Shown here piece by piece: positions 18,891 to 28,829 of a stretch of 64,000 nucleotides of DNA. The notes under the pieces were generated by a model. It was given only the letters and a program-made list of their open reading frames with translations. It was not told the DNA's origin and searched no databases. The stretch lies in assembly GCF_040394755.1 (NCBI RefSeq), contig NZ_JBEBRQ010000003.1. One strand, written 5' to 3'. Made by a program: the position numbers and the translations under genes. Within the stretch, counting starts at the first letter, position 1; the number at the start of each line of letters is the position of its first letter. Source of the stretch: Castellaniella defragrans (lineage in GTDB: Bacteria > Pseudomonadota > Gammaproteobacteria > Burkholderiales > Burkholderiaceae_B).

Positions 18891-19722
18891 ACGCATCCTG
18901 CAGCCAGGCCCGAGGCAGCCACCAAGGGGCCCGGGCCAGCAGATAGCGCAGCTCCGACTTCAGGAACCGGGCCCCCTCGCCGCCCGCGCCGCCGAACTCG
19001 CGACCGATCCAGGACTCCTCGCTCTGGAAGACCCCGATATCGAAATAGCGCCGGAGCTCCTCCATCGGCGTGTAGTTGTGCGAATGCCGGACCGCGGCGG
19101 ACGCGACATAGGCCACGCGATGGCCGGCCAGCACCGCCCGCGCCGCGAAATACATATCCTCGCTCAGGATCGTCCGCTCTGGAAAGCCGCCCAACTCGCG
19201 AAACACCGACATCCGGTAAGCCGCAAAAGAATTGGATGTGAACGCCGCCTTCAGGCCCATCGCCGCAATATCCTCCCTGCCGCAGACATAGCTCGCATCC
19301 CGGTAATTGAAATGCCGCGCATGTGCGGCAACCGGATTGGCATCGCCATGCGGCAACTGACGGCCATAAGCCACCGCCACCCGGGCATCGGCAAAAACGT
19401 CCACCAGATTGGACAGCGCCGCGCCGCCTTGCACGATCGCATCCTGGGTCAGGAACACCACCACCGCCGCATTGCAGGCCATCGCGGCCGCGTTGCGCGT
19501 GCCGCCATGATTGAAATCCGCCGAGGCGATCACCCGCACATCGAACCCGCAATCACGCGCCACCTGGGCCGAGTCGTCCCGCGACGACGAATCCACCACC
19601 AGCACCTCGACGCAATGGCGGCACTCATCCGCCGCCTGGCGCAGACTGCGGGCGCTTTCGCGCCATAATGCCCCCCCGTTATAGGTGGGCACGATCACTT
19701 GCAGAGAAATGCCTTCGGCCAT
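18772..19722 (-). CDS. GT2 rhamnosyltransferase (WbaN/RfbN-like)
   Basis: VIVPTYNG, VVDSSSRD, FNHGGTRN, FLTQDA, AYGRQLP, FTSNSFAAYR, HSHNY. Confidence 0.85.
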   Translation of the reverse strand: MAEGISLQVIVPTYNGGALWRESARSLRQAADECRHCVEVLVVDSSSRDDSAQVARDCGFDVRVIASADFNHGGTRNAAAMACNAAVVVFLTQDAIVQGGAALSNLVDVFADARVAVAYGRQLPHGDANPVAAHARHFNYRDASYVCGREDIAAMGLKAAFTSNSFAAYRMSVFRELGGFPERTILSEDMYFAARAVLAGHRVAYVASAAVRHSHNYTPMEELRRYFDIGVFQSEESWIGREFGGAGGEGARFLKSELRYLLARAPWWLPRAWLQDAFKIVGYKLGKNCDRLPAAWCRGLSMNRRYWHDAAPPTGS

Positions 19723-19733
19723 GAATCACGCCA

Positions 19734-21116
19734 CTACGGATGGGCATTGAGAAAACCCTTGAATACCGTCATCACGATGATTCTCAAGTCCAGCCCCAGC
19801 GACCAGTTGTTGATGTACCAAAGATCATGTTCGACGCGCTTTTCCATCTTTTCCAGCGTATCGGTCTCGCCCCGGTAGCCATTGACCTGAGCCCAGCCGG
19901 TGATGCCCGGCTTGACCTTGTGCCGCTGCATATAGGAATCGACCATGTCCATGTAGTATTCATTATGCGCCAGCGCGTGCGGGCGCGGCCCCACCAGCGA
20001 CATCCGCCCCTGCAGCACATTAAAAAGCTGCGGCAATTCATCCAGGCTGGTCCGGCGCAGAAAAGCCCCCAGCCGCGTCACGCGCGGATCGCCGAACCGC
20101 GCCTGCGTCACCTGGCCCGAGGTCTCCTCGTGCACCTCCATCGAGCGGAATTTGTATACCTTGAAGCGTTGGCCATTGATGCCCGTCCGGTACTGCTTGA
20201 AGATCACCGGCCCGCGCGACGTGCACTTGATCGCCACCGCAACCGCCAGACACACCGGCAGCACCAGGATGGACAACAGGGCTCCCAGCAGCAGATCCTC
20301 AATCCGCTTGACCAGCCGCGCCGGCCCCTCCATCGGGCTGCGGCTGAGATCCAGCGTATACAGGCCCGCCACCTCGCCCACCCGATGATTCAACAGCGGC
20401 AGATCGCCCAGATCCGGCAAATAGCGGACATCCACCGTCTGATGCCTCAATGCATGCAGGATCGACTTGATGAACCGCCCTTCCTCCAGAGGCAGGCACA
20501 GCCACAACTCATGCACCCCGCACTCCGCCACAACCTGCTCGACCGATGCCAGCCATTCCGGCGTGCGCTCGAACGCAATGGTGCGCACCACATCGTAACC
20601 ATGCTCCGGCAACAACGAGCGCCGCGCCCAGAGATCGGCCGCCGAATCCCCCGACTCGATCACCAGCACGCGCTTCAGATTGCGCCCCTGCATCCGCGTA
20701 TAACGCAGGAACAAAAAGATGACCAGGCGGAACAACGACGCCAGCACCATGCCCAGGCCAACCGTCGTCACCAGCCAGATGCGCGAATAACTGCCCGAAA
20801 CCTGCAACAAGACCGCCAGCACGGCAATCACCGCCAGCGCCAGCAGCCAGCCTGAATAAATACGCCCCAACTGCCGCAGGAAATGCCGGCCGCGCCACGA
20901 TAAATAGTTGCCCACCAGCACTTGGCAACCCACCACCACCAAGGCCAGGACCAACGTGGCCATCAGGTAATAGTCCAGCATGAACCAGTCGCCGAAACGC
21001 AGGTAATGCGACAGGTAGCTGCCGGCGACGATCAGCAGGAAATCGATGAAGCCCGCCAGCAAGGCCAGGGGGTAACGCTCGGCGAGGAGGGGGATGGGGG
21101 TTCTTGGGGAGGTCAT
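19734..21116 (-). CDS. wcaJ: Undecaprenyl-phosphate glucose phosphotransferase
   Basis: 4 TM plus Bac_transf domain: KRIEDL, YKFRSM, RRTSLDELPQL, PGITGWAQVNGYRGET. Confidence 0.9.
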   Translation of the reverse strand: MTSPRTPIPLLAERYPLALLAGFIDFLLIVAGSYLSHYLRFGDWFMLDYYLMATLVLALVVVGCQVLVGNYLSWRGRHFLRQLGRIYSGWLLALAVIAVLAVLLQVSGSYSRIWLVTTVGLGMVLASLFRLVIFLFLRYTRMQGRNLKRVLVIESGDSAADLWARRSLLPEHGYDVVRTIAFERTPEWLASVEQVVAECGVHELWLCLPLEEGRFIKSILHALRHQTVDVRYLPDLGDLPLLNHRVGEVAGLYTLDLSRSPMEGPARLVKRIEDLLLGALLSILVLPVCLAVAVAIKCTSRGPVIFKQYRTGINGQRFKVYKFRSMEVHEETSGQVTQARFGDPRVTRLGAFLRRTSLDELPQLFNVLQGRMSLVGPRPHALAHNEYYMDMVDSYMQRHKVKPGITGWAQVNGYRGETDTLEKMEKRVEHDLWYINNWSLGLDLRIIVMTVFKGFLNAHP

Positions 21117-21202
21117 GGAGCCAGAGGAGGCCGAAGGACAAAGTAATGAATTATGAGTGATTTCAGAGCCATTGCAATCGTTTCGCGATTGAAGCTACGC
21201 GG

Positions 21203-22195
21203 GTGCTATCATTGCCGCAACCCTACGCTATCTATGCAGCCTTGACCCCCCCGGCCTCCACAGCTACCGCTCCCCAGCCCTCGGTCGCCATCCTTCTGGC
21301 GACCTACCAGGGCGAACGATACCTGCCCGAGCAACTTGATTCCTTTGCACGGCAAACATACAGCAATTGGAAAGCCTGGGCATCAGATGATGGCTCTACT
21401 GACGACACCTTGCCCATTCTGCGACGCTACCAGACACAGTGGGCACCCGGCCAACTCACCATCATAAAAGGCCCTGCGCAAGGCTCCAGCCGCAACTTCG
21501 TGTCGCTGACCCATAACCCTGCGATTCAGGCCGACTACTATGCCTATTCCGACCAGGATGATATTTGGGAGGATGACAAACTGGCACGCGCTCTGGCTTG
21601 GCTGAATACCCAGGATGCGGATAAACCCGCCCTGTACTGCACCCGCACTCGTCTGGTAGACGCGCAGAACAAAGAAATCGGCCTGTCGCCCAACTTTCGG
21701 CGGCCACCCAGCTTTGCCAATGCCTTGATGCAAAACATCACCGGCGGCAACACGATGGTATTCAACAATGCGGCTTGCCGCCTGCTGCGCTCTGTACCCG
21801 AAGACACCGAAATCGTCATCCACGACTGGTGGGTCTATCTGGTGGTCACCGCCTGTGGTGGGGCTGTGTGCTTTGACCCAGTGCCGGGACTGCGCTATCG
21901 ACAGCACGAAAATAACCTGATCGGCATGAGCGCTGGTGGCCCGCCTCTGGTCAGCCGCATCGCCAAGCTGTTCGGAACAACGCTGCGGGAAAATTCAGAT
22001 ATACACCTGAAGGCGCTTCAAATACTGAAGCAGCACATGACGCCAGAAAACCGCTGCATTATGGAAATCTTCAGCAAAGCCAGAGCAAACTGGCTGTTGC
22101 CAAGGCTAGCGGGATATAAAAAAGCCGGGGTCTATCGACTGACATTCACGGGTAACATCGGCATGGTCATCGCCTCTGTACTCAACCGCCTGTAG
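21203..22195 (+). CDS. GT2 glycosyltransferase (RgpB-like rhamnosyltransferase); start uncertain
   Basis: ILLATYQGERYLPEQLDS, SDDGSTD, YSDQDDIW, IHDWW, YRQHENN. Confidence 0.85.
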   Translation: MLSLPQPYAIYAALTPPASTATAPQPSVAILLATYQGERYLPEQLDSFARQTYSNWKAWASDDGSTDDTLPILRRYQTQWAPGQLTIIKGPAQGSSRNFVSLTHNPAIQADYYAYSDQDDIWEDDKLARALAWLNTQDADKPALYCTRTRLVDAQNKEIGLSPNFRRPPSFANALMQNITGGNTMVFNNAACRLLRSVPEDTEIVIHDWWVYLVVTACGGAVCFDPVPGLRYRQHENNLIGMSAGGPPLVSRIAKLFGTTLRENSDIHLKALQILKQHMTPENRCIMEIFSKARANWLLPRLAGYKKAGVYRLTFTGNIGMVIASVLNRL

Positions 22196-22269
22196 GCTCA
22201 CCGCCAGAATCATTGCCGGGCAATTAGACGCACGCCCACAACCATCATCGCGGCACAACCGCAAACATC

Positions 22270-23256
22270 CTAGTTTCGGCGGAAATTTCTGAGACTGGAG
22301 GCAATCGCTCGGAGAGGCGCGGTGATCCTCCAAGATTTTGATTTTCTATATGAGGCCTCGGCCGCCAGACTCTGTTGGAGTTGATGTTTAAGACGAGAAA
22401 TTTCCCGTTCGGCATCTTGCGGCCATATTGAATTAACCACGCTTGATGTCTTGAAAGAATTAACCATGGCCTGCCAGCTGCTTATGATTTCTTCTTGATC
22501 CTCGCTGGAACGCAATGCCACAAAAAATTCAAGCTGATCTCGTTCGGTATCATGAAAGTCAACACATGCGAAGCCCAGCATACCGGTATGCGCCAACTCA
22601 AGAAACAGTTTGGCGAATGACTCCGGAGTGAAAACCCAGCAATGAACATCACGATACACCCCGTTTTCCAGCGAGTCTCGTGCCATATCCAACGCGTCCG
22701 AGAAGGAGTATTTCCTTCCCAGATTTTCAGCATCCACCCGACCTGCCCATACCCCCCCACAATCCACATCCCTGACCTTAAGAAAAAAATCCAATATCAG
22801 ATAGGGATGGGGTACTCGGGATTTTGTCAAATAACCAAGAAAAACCTCTGACAGCGTAGTTTCCGAGCGAAGAATATCGAACGTAAAACGCCGATCAGGA
22901 ACAACCAAACGCAACTGTCCGCCCGTATTCAGAATACAACGTACCTCAGACAACCAAGTGATTAGATCAGGCACATGCTCAACAACATGCGACGCAATAA
23001 CATAATCAACAGTGCGCCCATTCAATGCATTGCTTAGCGTATTCTTCCCCCATACGCCATCCACACCGACAATCGCATCAGCGTCGACATCGGGATCATT
23101 TTTATATTTTTCCCTTAGCGACTTAGTGTCCTCATGATCCACATACAGAATATTCCCTTCGCCTTTCGAGACGATGGGTCGGTGCAGCGGCCCTATTTCA
23201 GCACCAACACTGTTAACAATATCCAATCCACTGATTATCTTTTGCTTGCGGTCCAT
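22270..23256 (-). CDS. SAM-dependent methyltransferase with short C-terminal coiled coil
   Basis: EIGPL motif I variant, DYVIASHVVEHVPD, GGQLRLVVPD; ends ..EISRLKHQLQQ..SKSWRITAPLR. Confidence 0.8.
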   Translation of the reverse strand: MDRKQKIISGLDIVNSVGAEIGPLHRPIVSKGEGNILYVDHEDTKSLREKYKNDPDVDADAIVGVDGVWGKNTLSNALNGRTVDYVIASHVVEHVPDLITWLSEVRCILNTGGQLRLVVPDRRFTFDILRSETTLSEVFLGYLTKSRVPHPYLILDFFLKVRDVDCGGVWAGRVDAENLGRKYSFSDALDMARDSLENGVYRDVHCWVFTPESFAKLFLELAHTGMLGFACVDFHDTERDQLEFFVALRSSEDQEEIISSWQAMVNSFKTSSVVNSIWPQDAEREISRLKHQLQQSLAAEASYRKSKSWRITAPLRAIASSLRNFRRN

Positions 23257-23339
23257 CAGCCTTTTACTCCAATTCTTGATAAACGAATTACTTCGCCAGA
23301 ATTTGCAGCCAGGAACACCACCAGAAGCGATCCCATGGA

Positions 23340-24239
23340 TTAACCACGATCCAGCATCCAGCGCAAGGTGTCATGCAACAACGGAGGTTGCCAATTTCCG
23401 ATTAGCCTGCGCAACCTCTCCGAACTACCACAAAGCATCTTGACTTCATTTTTACGGATAAAATCAGGATTGATTTCAATATCAAGCCGATGCCCCGTGA
23501 TGTCTTGGCACATCCCCAGCACCTCATGCAGGGAATGGGCCAGACCAGTGCTGATATTGACAGTCTGACCAATGGCATTGGATCGTTCAAGCAATTCTTT
23601 ATAGGCACGCACAACCATGCGCACATCGCCAAAATCCCGATAAACCTGAATATTTCCAAGCTCGATGGAAACGGCTTTCTTGCGAAAGTGCGACACGATC
23701 TTGGGAATAAGAAAACTTTCCGCCTGACCCACGCCGGTATAATTGAACGGACGCGTGATGATGATAGGCAGCTTATCGGCATAAAGCTTGGCCATGTACT
23801 CCATGGCCAGCTTGCTGACGGCATAATCATTGGCGGGCGCCGGTACGACAGTTTCATCAATCATGCCTTCTGATGCATTGCCATACACATTGGCACTGCT
23901 AGCCAGCAAAATTGCTTTGGGCAGCCTGGGCAACCGGACCAGGGCCTGCAATAAATTCCTGGTGCCCAGCAGGTTGACATGATAAAAGGCATTTGCATTG
24001 CCATGCCCGACAAATGCCATAGCCGCCAAGTGGACGACCATATCAGGAGCTATCTGTCTGACCGCCTGCTCAAGCGCCCCTTCGTTCAATAAATTGACCT
24101 GCACACGATCGCGGCCAGATGGCGCGTGCGCAGTAAGGCCTACGACACGATATCCAGAAGACTCCAGTTCCTTCCGCATATAACAGCCGGTGAAACCATC
24201 GTCTCCCGTTACGAGTACGGTATTTCCATACCCGCTCAT
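23340..24239 (-). CDS. rmd: GDP-4-keto-6-deoxy-D-mannose reductase (Rmd-like)
   Basis: GDDGFTG, HLAAMAFV, ASSANVYG, YAVSK, RPFNYTGVGQ, RDFGDVR; coupled to gmd by TAATG. Confidence 0.8.
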   Translation of the reverse strand: MSGYGNTVLVTGDDGFTGCYMRKELESSGYRVVGLTAHAPSGRDRVQVNLLNEGALEQAVRQIAPDMVVHLAAMAFVGHGNANAFYHVNLLGTRNLLQALVRLPRLPKAILLASSANVYGNASEGMIDETVVPAPANDYAVSKLAMEYMAKLYADKLPIIITRPFNYTGVGQAESFLIPKIVSHFRKKAVSIELGNIQVYRDFGDVRMVVRAYKELLERSNAIGQTVNISTGLAHSLHEVLGMCQDITGHRLDIEINPDFIRKNEVKMLCGSSERLRRLIGNWQPPLLHDTLRWMLDRG

Positions 24240-25282
24240 TAGAAGGAAAATCCTTGCATATTGCGCCGGATGTCTTCCTGCACCATCATTTGGCACAATT
24301 GCTCCAGCATGGTATGAGGAGCCCATCCCAACTTGGCCTTGGCCTTTCCAGGATCACCGATCAACAGTTCTACCTCCGCAGGACGATAGAACTTTGGGTT
24401 AACGGAAACGAGTACCTTGCCAGTCCTGGCATCCCTGCCTACTTCATTCTCAGCCTTACCTGAAAATTCAAGTGTATATCCGGCAGCACCAAACGCCATG
24501 GACACGAAATCCCGGACAGATTCTGTACGATTGGTCGCCACCACATATGTATCAGGCTCATCCGCCTGCAGCATACGCCACATTGCATCCACATATTCCT
24601 TGGCATAACCCCAGTCGCGCTTGGCATCCAGGTTGCCAAGTTCCACGGCATCGAGCCTGCCCAATTTTATCTTGGCCACCGAATCGGTGATCTTTCGTGT
24701 GACGAACTCGCGACCACGCAGGGGGGATTCATGATTGAACAGAATCCCGCTTGCCCCGAATATGCCGTAGGATTCGCGGTAGTTGATAGTCATCCAATGC
24801 GCATACAACTTGGCAACCCCATAGGGACTGCGAGGATAAAATGGCGTTGATTCTGTTTGCGGGATAGTTTGTACCTTCCCGAACATTTCAGAAGTCGAAG
24901 CCTGATAATAACGCACCCTCGGATTGACGATGCGGATAGCCTCCAGGAGATTGACGGCACCTAAACCGGTAATCTCGGCCGTGGTGATAGGCTGCTCGAA
25001 GGAAACACCGACAAAGCTCTGCGCCGCCAAGTTATACACCTCGGTCGCCTCCGTGCCTTCCAGCAGGCGGATACTCGCGGAAAGGTCGGTTAAATCATAT
25101 TCAAGCAGATGCAGGCCTGGATGTTTGTCCACGCCGAGCTCCTCGATACGCCAGAAATTGACAGAACTGGTCCGACGGTAGGCACCATAGACAGCGTAGC
25201 CTTTTTCCAGCAGCAACTGCGCCAAATATGCGCCATCTTGACCTGTGATGCCAGTAATAATGGCTTTTTTAACAGTCGTCAT
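24239..25282 (-). CDS. gmd: GDP-mannose 4,6-dehydratase
   Basis: [46 protein letters not shown]. Confidence 0.97.
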   Translation of the reverse strand: MTTVKKAIITGITGQDGAYLAQLLLEKGYAVYGAYRRTSSVNFWRIEELGVDKHPGLHLLEYDLTDLSASIRLLEGTEATEVYNLAAQSFVGVSFEQPITTAEITGLGAVNLLEAIRIVNPRVRYYQASTSEMFGKVQTIPQTESTPFYPRSPYGVAKLYAHWMTINYRESYGIFGASGILFNHESPLRGREFVTRKITDSVAKIKLGRLDAVELGNLDAKRDWGYAKEYVDAMWRMLQADEPDTYVVATNRTESVRDFVSMAFGAAGYTLEFSGKAENEVGRDARTGKVLVSVNPKFYRPAEVELLIGDPGKAKAKLGWAPHTMLEQLCQMMVQEDIRRNMQGFSF

Positions 25283-25371
25283 GATTTAATCTACCAATAA
25301 GTCAATGGATGATGTCCTCTGCGGCGTTGATAGCCAACGGCCCGCACCACCCTTCTGGGACCCAGCATGAT

Positions 25372-26838
25372 TCATCTCTCTATCCGTCCGTAGATATCTT
25401 CGAATCGCACAATATCGTCCTCACCCAGGTACTCACCGCTTTGCACCTCAATCAAAACCAAGTCAATTACCCCTGGATTTTCCAACCGATGCTTATGACC
25501 AGCCGGTATAAAAACAGATTCATTACTATTCAACATCAGTTCTCGCTCGCCATTCACCACATGCGCCATGCCGCTGACAACCACCCAATGCTCACTGCGA
25601 TGATGGTGCAGTTGCAGTGATAAAGATCCTTTCGGCTTGACCACAATGCGCTTGATCTTGAAACGCTCGCCTTCTTCCAGCGTGGTATAGGTACCCCATG
25701 GGCGATGTACGGTCTGGTGCACCAGATGCGCCGTATGCCCGCTCTGCTTCAGAGCGCTGACTATATGCTTGACATCCTGCGCATCATTTTTGTGCGCCAC
25801 CAGCACGGCATCAGGGGTATCAACGACAATCAGATCTTGCACACCTACCAAAGCGGCAAGACGATGTTTACTCTGAACATAGTTATTCCTGGCATTGTAG
25901 GTAACCGCTTGGCCCACGATACGGTTGCCATCGCTGCCAGGTTCGACCAGTTCGCTCATGGCATTCCACGAACCAATGTCGCTCCAGCCAATATCGCAGG
26001 GTATCGTTGCTACCTTGGTAGATCGTTCCATCAGGGCATAGTCGATGGAAATTTCCGGTACTTGCGCAAAGGCATCGGCATCCAGGTTCAGATGGCGGTA
26101 CCCTTTGCCCTCCGCCATACGCGATTTTTCCAAAGTAGCTATCACGGCGCTCAACACATCATCGGCGAGTTTTTCCAGCTCTTCCAGGACCGTGCCTACG
26201 CGGAAGCAAAACATCCCGGAATTCCAGAAATAATTTCCCGCAGCCACATATTCCTTGGCGGAGGCGTCGTCTGGCTTTTCAACAAAACGCTTTACCTTGA
26301 ACCCGCTTTGCAATGGGCTCGCGCTATCGATCTCGATGTAGCCGAATCCTGTCTCTGGGTATTGGGCATGCATCCCGAAAGTGACCAGCCAGCCATGAGT
26401 AGCCAGATCTGCGGCTTTTTGCACCGCCATGGAAAACGCAGCTTCGTCCTTGATGAGATGATCCGCGGGCAGCACCAGCATGATAGCGTCTGGACCATGC
26501 GCCTGCTTCAGATGCACGGCAGCGGATGCCACGGCGGCAGCCGTGTTGCGGCCAAAGGGCTCGAGAATATAACTTTGCTGAAAATGAGCGTCAACCTTGC
26601 GGTATTCGTCCTCGGTCTTGAACAACAGCTCCCGGTTTGTCACGGTCAGCACTTCATTGACCCCGGCCTGGGCGCAGGCCCGCAGAAAGGTCTTCTGGAT
26701 CAGATTCTGCCCGTCAGGCAAGGTCATGAAGGGCTTGGGATGCGCCTGGCGCGATATAGGCCAGAGGCGGCTGCCAACCCCGCCAGACATAATGACAGGG
26801 ATTAATTTCACAGACGATACCTCAGGTATTGTGTTCAC
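25372..26838 (-). CDS. manC: Mannose-1-phosphate guanylyltransferase / mannose-6-phosphate isomerase
   Basis: GGVGSRLWPISR..PKPF, EPFGRNTA, WNSGMF, WSDIGSW; cupin RPWG, SLQLHHHRSEHW. Confidence 0.96.
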   Translation of the reverse strand: MNTIPEVSSVKLIPVIMSGGVGSRLWPISRQAHPKPFMTLPDGQNLIQKTFLRACAQAGVNEVLTVTNRELLFKTEDEYRKVDAHFQQSYILEPFGRNTAAAVASAAVHLKQAHGPDAIMLVLPADHLIKDEAAFSMAVQKAADLATHGWLVTFGMHAQYPETGFGYIEIDSASPLQSGFKVKRFVEKPDDASAKEYVAAGNYFWNSGMFCFRVGTVLEELEKLADDVLSAVIATLEKSRMAEGKGYRHLNLDADAFAQVPEISIDYALMERSTKVATIPCDIGWSDIGSWNAMSELVEPGSDGNRIVGQAVTYNARNNYVQSKHRLAALVGVQDLIVVDTPDAVLVAHKNDAQDVKHIVSALKQSGHTAHLVHQTVHRPWGTYTTLEEGERFKIKRIVVKPKGSLSLQLHHHRSEHWVVVSGMAHVVNGERELMLNSNESVFIPAGHKHRLENPGVIDLVLIEVQSGEYLGEDDIVRFEDIYGRIER

Positions 26839-26991
26839 TACGGATTGCCTCTTGCTGTAAATTAGCGAATTCCATCGACCGGGACTACCTGCTCGACCAA
26901 CCTGGCATCCAAGAAATCACGCATTTGCGCAACGCGGCGAAACGCGCCATTTCATCGGTCAAAATATTATGCGTAATTCAAGACTTACGAA

Positions 26992-28764
26992 TTACCATTC
27001 AGCCACTTGGCAGTCTACCCTGTCTTTAGGCAATCGAGGATTATAGTATGGGTCCCGCTGTATCTTATCAGGCCACTTGGATAGAAAATGCATTCTATCC
27101 GCCTCATCAACATCGCGCCTAGGAAGAGATGATCCCTCATAGTGATAAAGCAATGCATAAGGCGAATAAACAATCCTATAGCCCGCATCACGCATCCGAA
27201 GGCAGAAGTCTATATCGTTATAGTCAATTCTTAGTTTCGGATCGAACATCCCGACTTTTTCTATCACACTCATGCGAGTCGCCAACACAGCCCCCGTGAC
27301 CGCCGAATAATTCCGGATCAAATGCGTGAAGCCGCAATACCCAATCTCGCTGGATGGCAGATTATGGAATATATGTGTCGTCAAGCCGTTGACACCCAAA
27401 ACGACGCCCGCATGCTGCAAACGCCCATTTGGATAGATAAGCCTGGCCCCAACAGCCCCTATATCTGCCCGGCGAGAAAATGATAGCAATGCCTCAATCC
27501 AGTCTGGCGCGACGACCTCAATATCATCATTGAGCATGATGACATCTTCCGTTGTCACCAACCCCAACGCATGATTTGTTTTATCTGGGAAATTAAACGG
27601 CCCCTCGAATTCATATTGAGCCACCTTGACACCCCACTTCAAAAATCGATCATGGATATCCTCCGGCAATTTGCCATCATCCAGCACGATCAGATTGAAA
27701 TTTCTGAAGGTCGAACGCTCAATAATACTTTTAACCGCATTCTCAACCAATAAAATTTTTCCTCGGCCTTCCACCTCTCTGGTACAGCTCCCTGTAAGTA
27801 TCACTAAAGTGACAGGACGAGACGCATCGACAGGCCATTTAACGCGAAAACTTCCAGTAAACAAACCATCAACAACCTCAGCGGTCGGCTCCTGACTCTG
27901 CACGAAATCCGTGAGCGCCTTCTTGGCGTTGATCAAGGCGGTAGGCTTGGCATCAACTACCGCAGCCGCCGAGCCTGGAATTTTTCTCCAATGATAAAGC
28001 ACGTGAGGGATATGTTCCACCCGCCTTGCCTTCGCCGTGGCACGCAGCGCCAAATCATAATCTTGCGAGCCGGTAAACTCATCTCGCAGTCCGCCTAACT
28101 CAAGAAACAGCGATTTTCTGATCACCATAAAGTGCAGAACATACATTACCGAAAGAAGATGCTCGGGAGACCAATCCGGTTTCAAGTAAGGCTCGCTACG
28201 ACTTCCGTCCTCTTCGAGCTTGTCTTCATCCGTGTATAGAACATCAATGTCCGAGCCATTCTCAATCGCCTGGACGACAAGCTCCAGAGCCTTCGGCTCC
28301 AGGGTATCGTCATGATCCAAGAAGGCAATAAAATGGCCTGTGGCAAACTCAGCCGCAAGATTGGTCGCCCTGGCAATATGCAGATTTTTTGACGACCTGA
28401 CGATTTTGATGCGGGGGTCAGATCCTCGGTATTTTTCCAATACATGTACGGTTTCCTTCGAGCTAGATGCATCGTCGCACAAACATAGCTCCCAATTCGT
28501 ATATGTTTGATGCAAAACCGACTCTATCGCCTCATCAAGAATTTTTGCCGGAGTATTGTAAACAGGCACCAAGATACTTATCCGTGTACTGCCTCGAACT
28601 ACAGGTCCGTATGAGGCATTCCGCTCAGATGCCTGTGTAGGCCGAACGGCGGTCTTCCCAAGAACCCGTGCAGCTTGCGAGACCGCCATTTTTAAACCTA
28701 CGGCACGCGCAACAACCAAAAATCGACTGACCAAATGTAGAAATCGCTTCATTGACATCTTCAA
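26992..28764 (-). CDS. Two-domain GT2 glycosyltransferase
   Basis: ILVPVYNT..DDASS..FLDHDD..YTDED..GSQDYD; second domain LNDDIEV, AVTGAVL, NDIDFCLR. Confidence 0.9.
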   Translation of the reverse strand: MKMSMKRFLHLVSRFLVVARAVGLKMAVSQAARVLGKTAVRPTQASERNASYGPVVRGSTRISILVPVYNTPAKILDEAIESVLHQTYTNWELCLCDDASSSKETVHVLEKYRGSDPRIKIVRSSKNLHIARATNLAAEFATGHFIAFLDHDDTLEPKALELVVQAIENGSDIDVLYTDEDKLEEDGSRSEPYLKPDWSPEHLLSVMYVLHFMVIRKSLFLELGGLRDEFTGSQDYDLALRATAKARRVEHIPHVLYHWRKIPGSAAAVVDAKPTALINAKKALTDFVQSQEPTAEVVDGLFTGSFRVKWPVDASRPVTLVILTGSCTREVEGRGKILLVENAVKSIIERSTFRNFNLIVLDDGKLPEDIHDRFLKWGVKVAQYEFEGPFNFPDKTNHALGLVTTEDVIMLNDDIEVVAPDWIEALLSFSRRADIGAVGARLIYPNGRLQHAGVVLGVNGLTTHIFHNLPSSEIGYCGFTHLIRNYSAVTGAVLATRMSVIEKVGMFDPKLRIDYNDIDFCLRMRDAGYRIVYSPYALLYHYEGSSLPRRDVDEADRMHFLSKWPDKIQRDPYYNPRLPKDRVDCQVAEW

Positions 28765-28829
28765 ATCTTTTGGGGAAATGTACTTTTCACTTCATAATAT
28801 ATTCAAAACGCATCGCGCAGCATCTCCCC

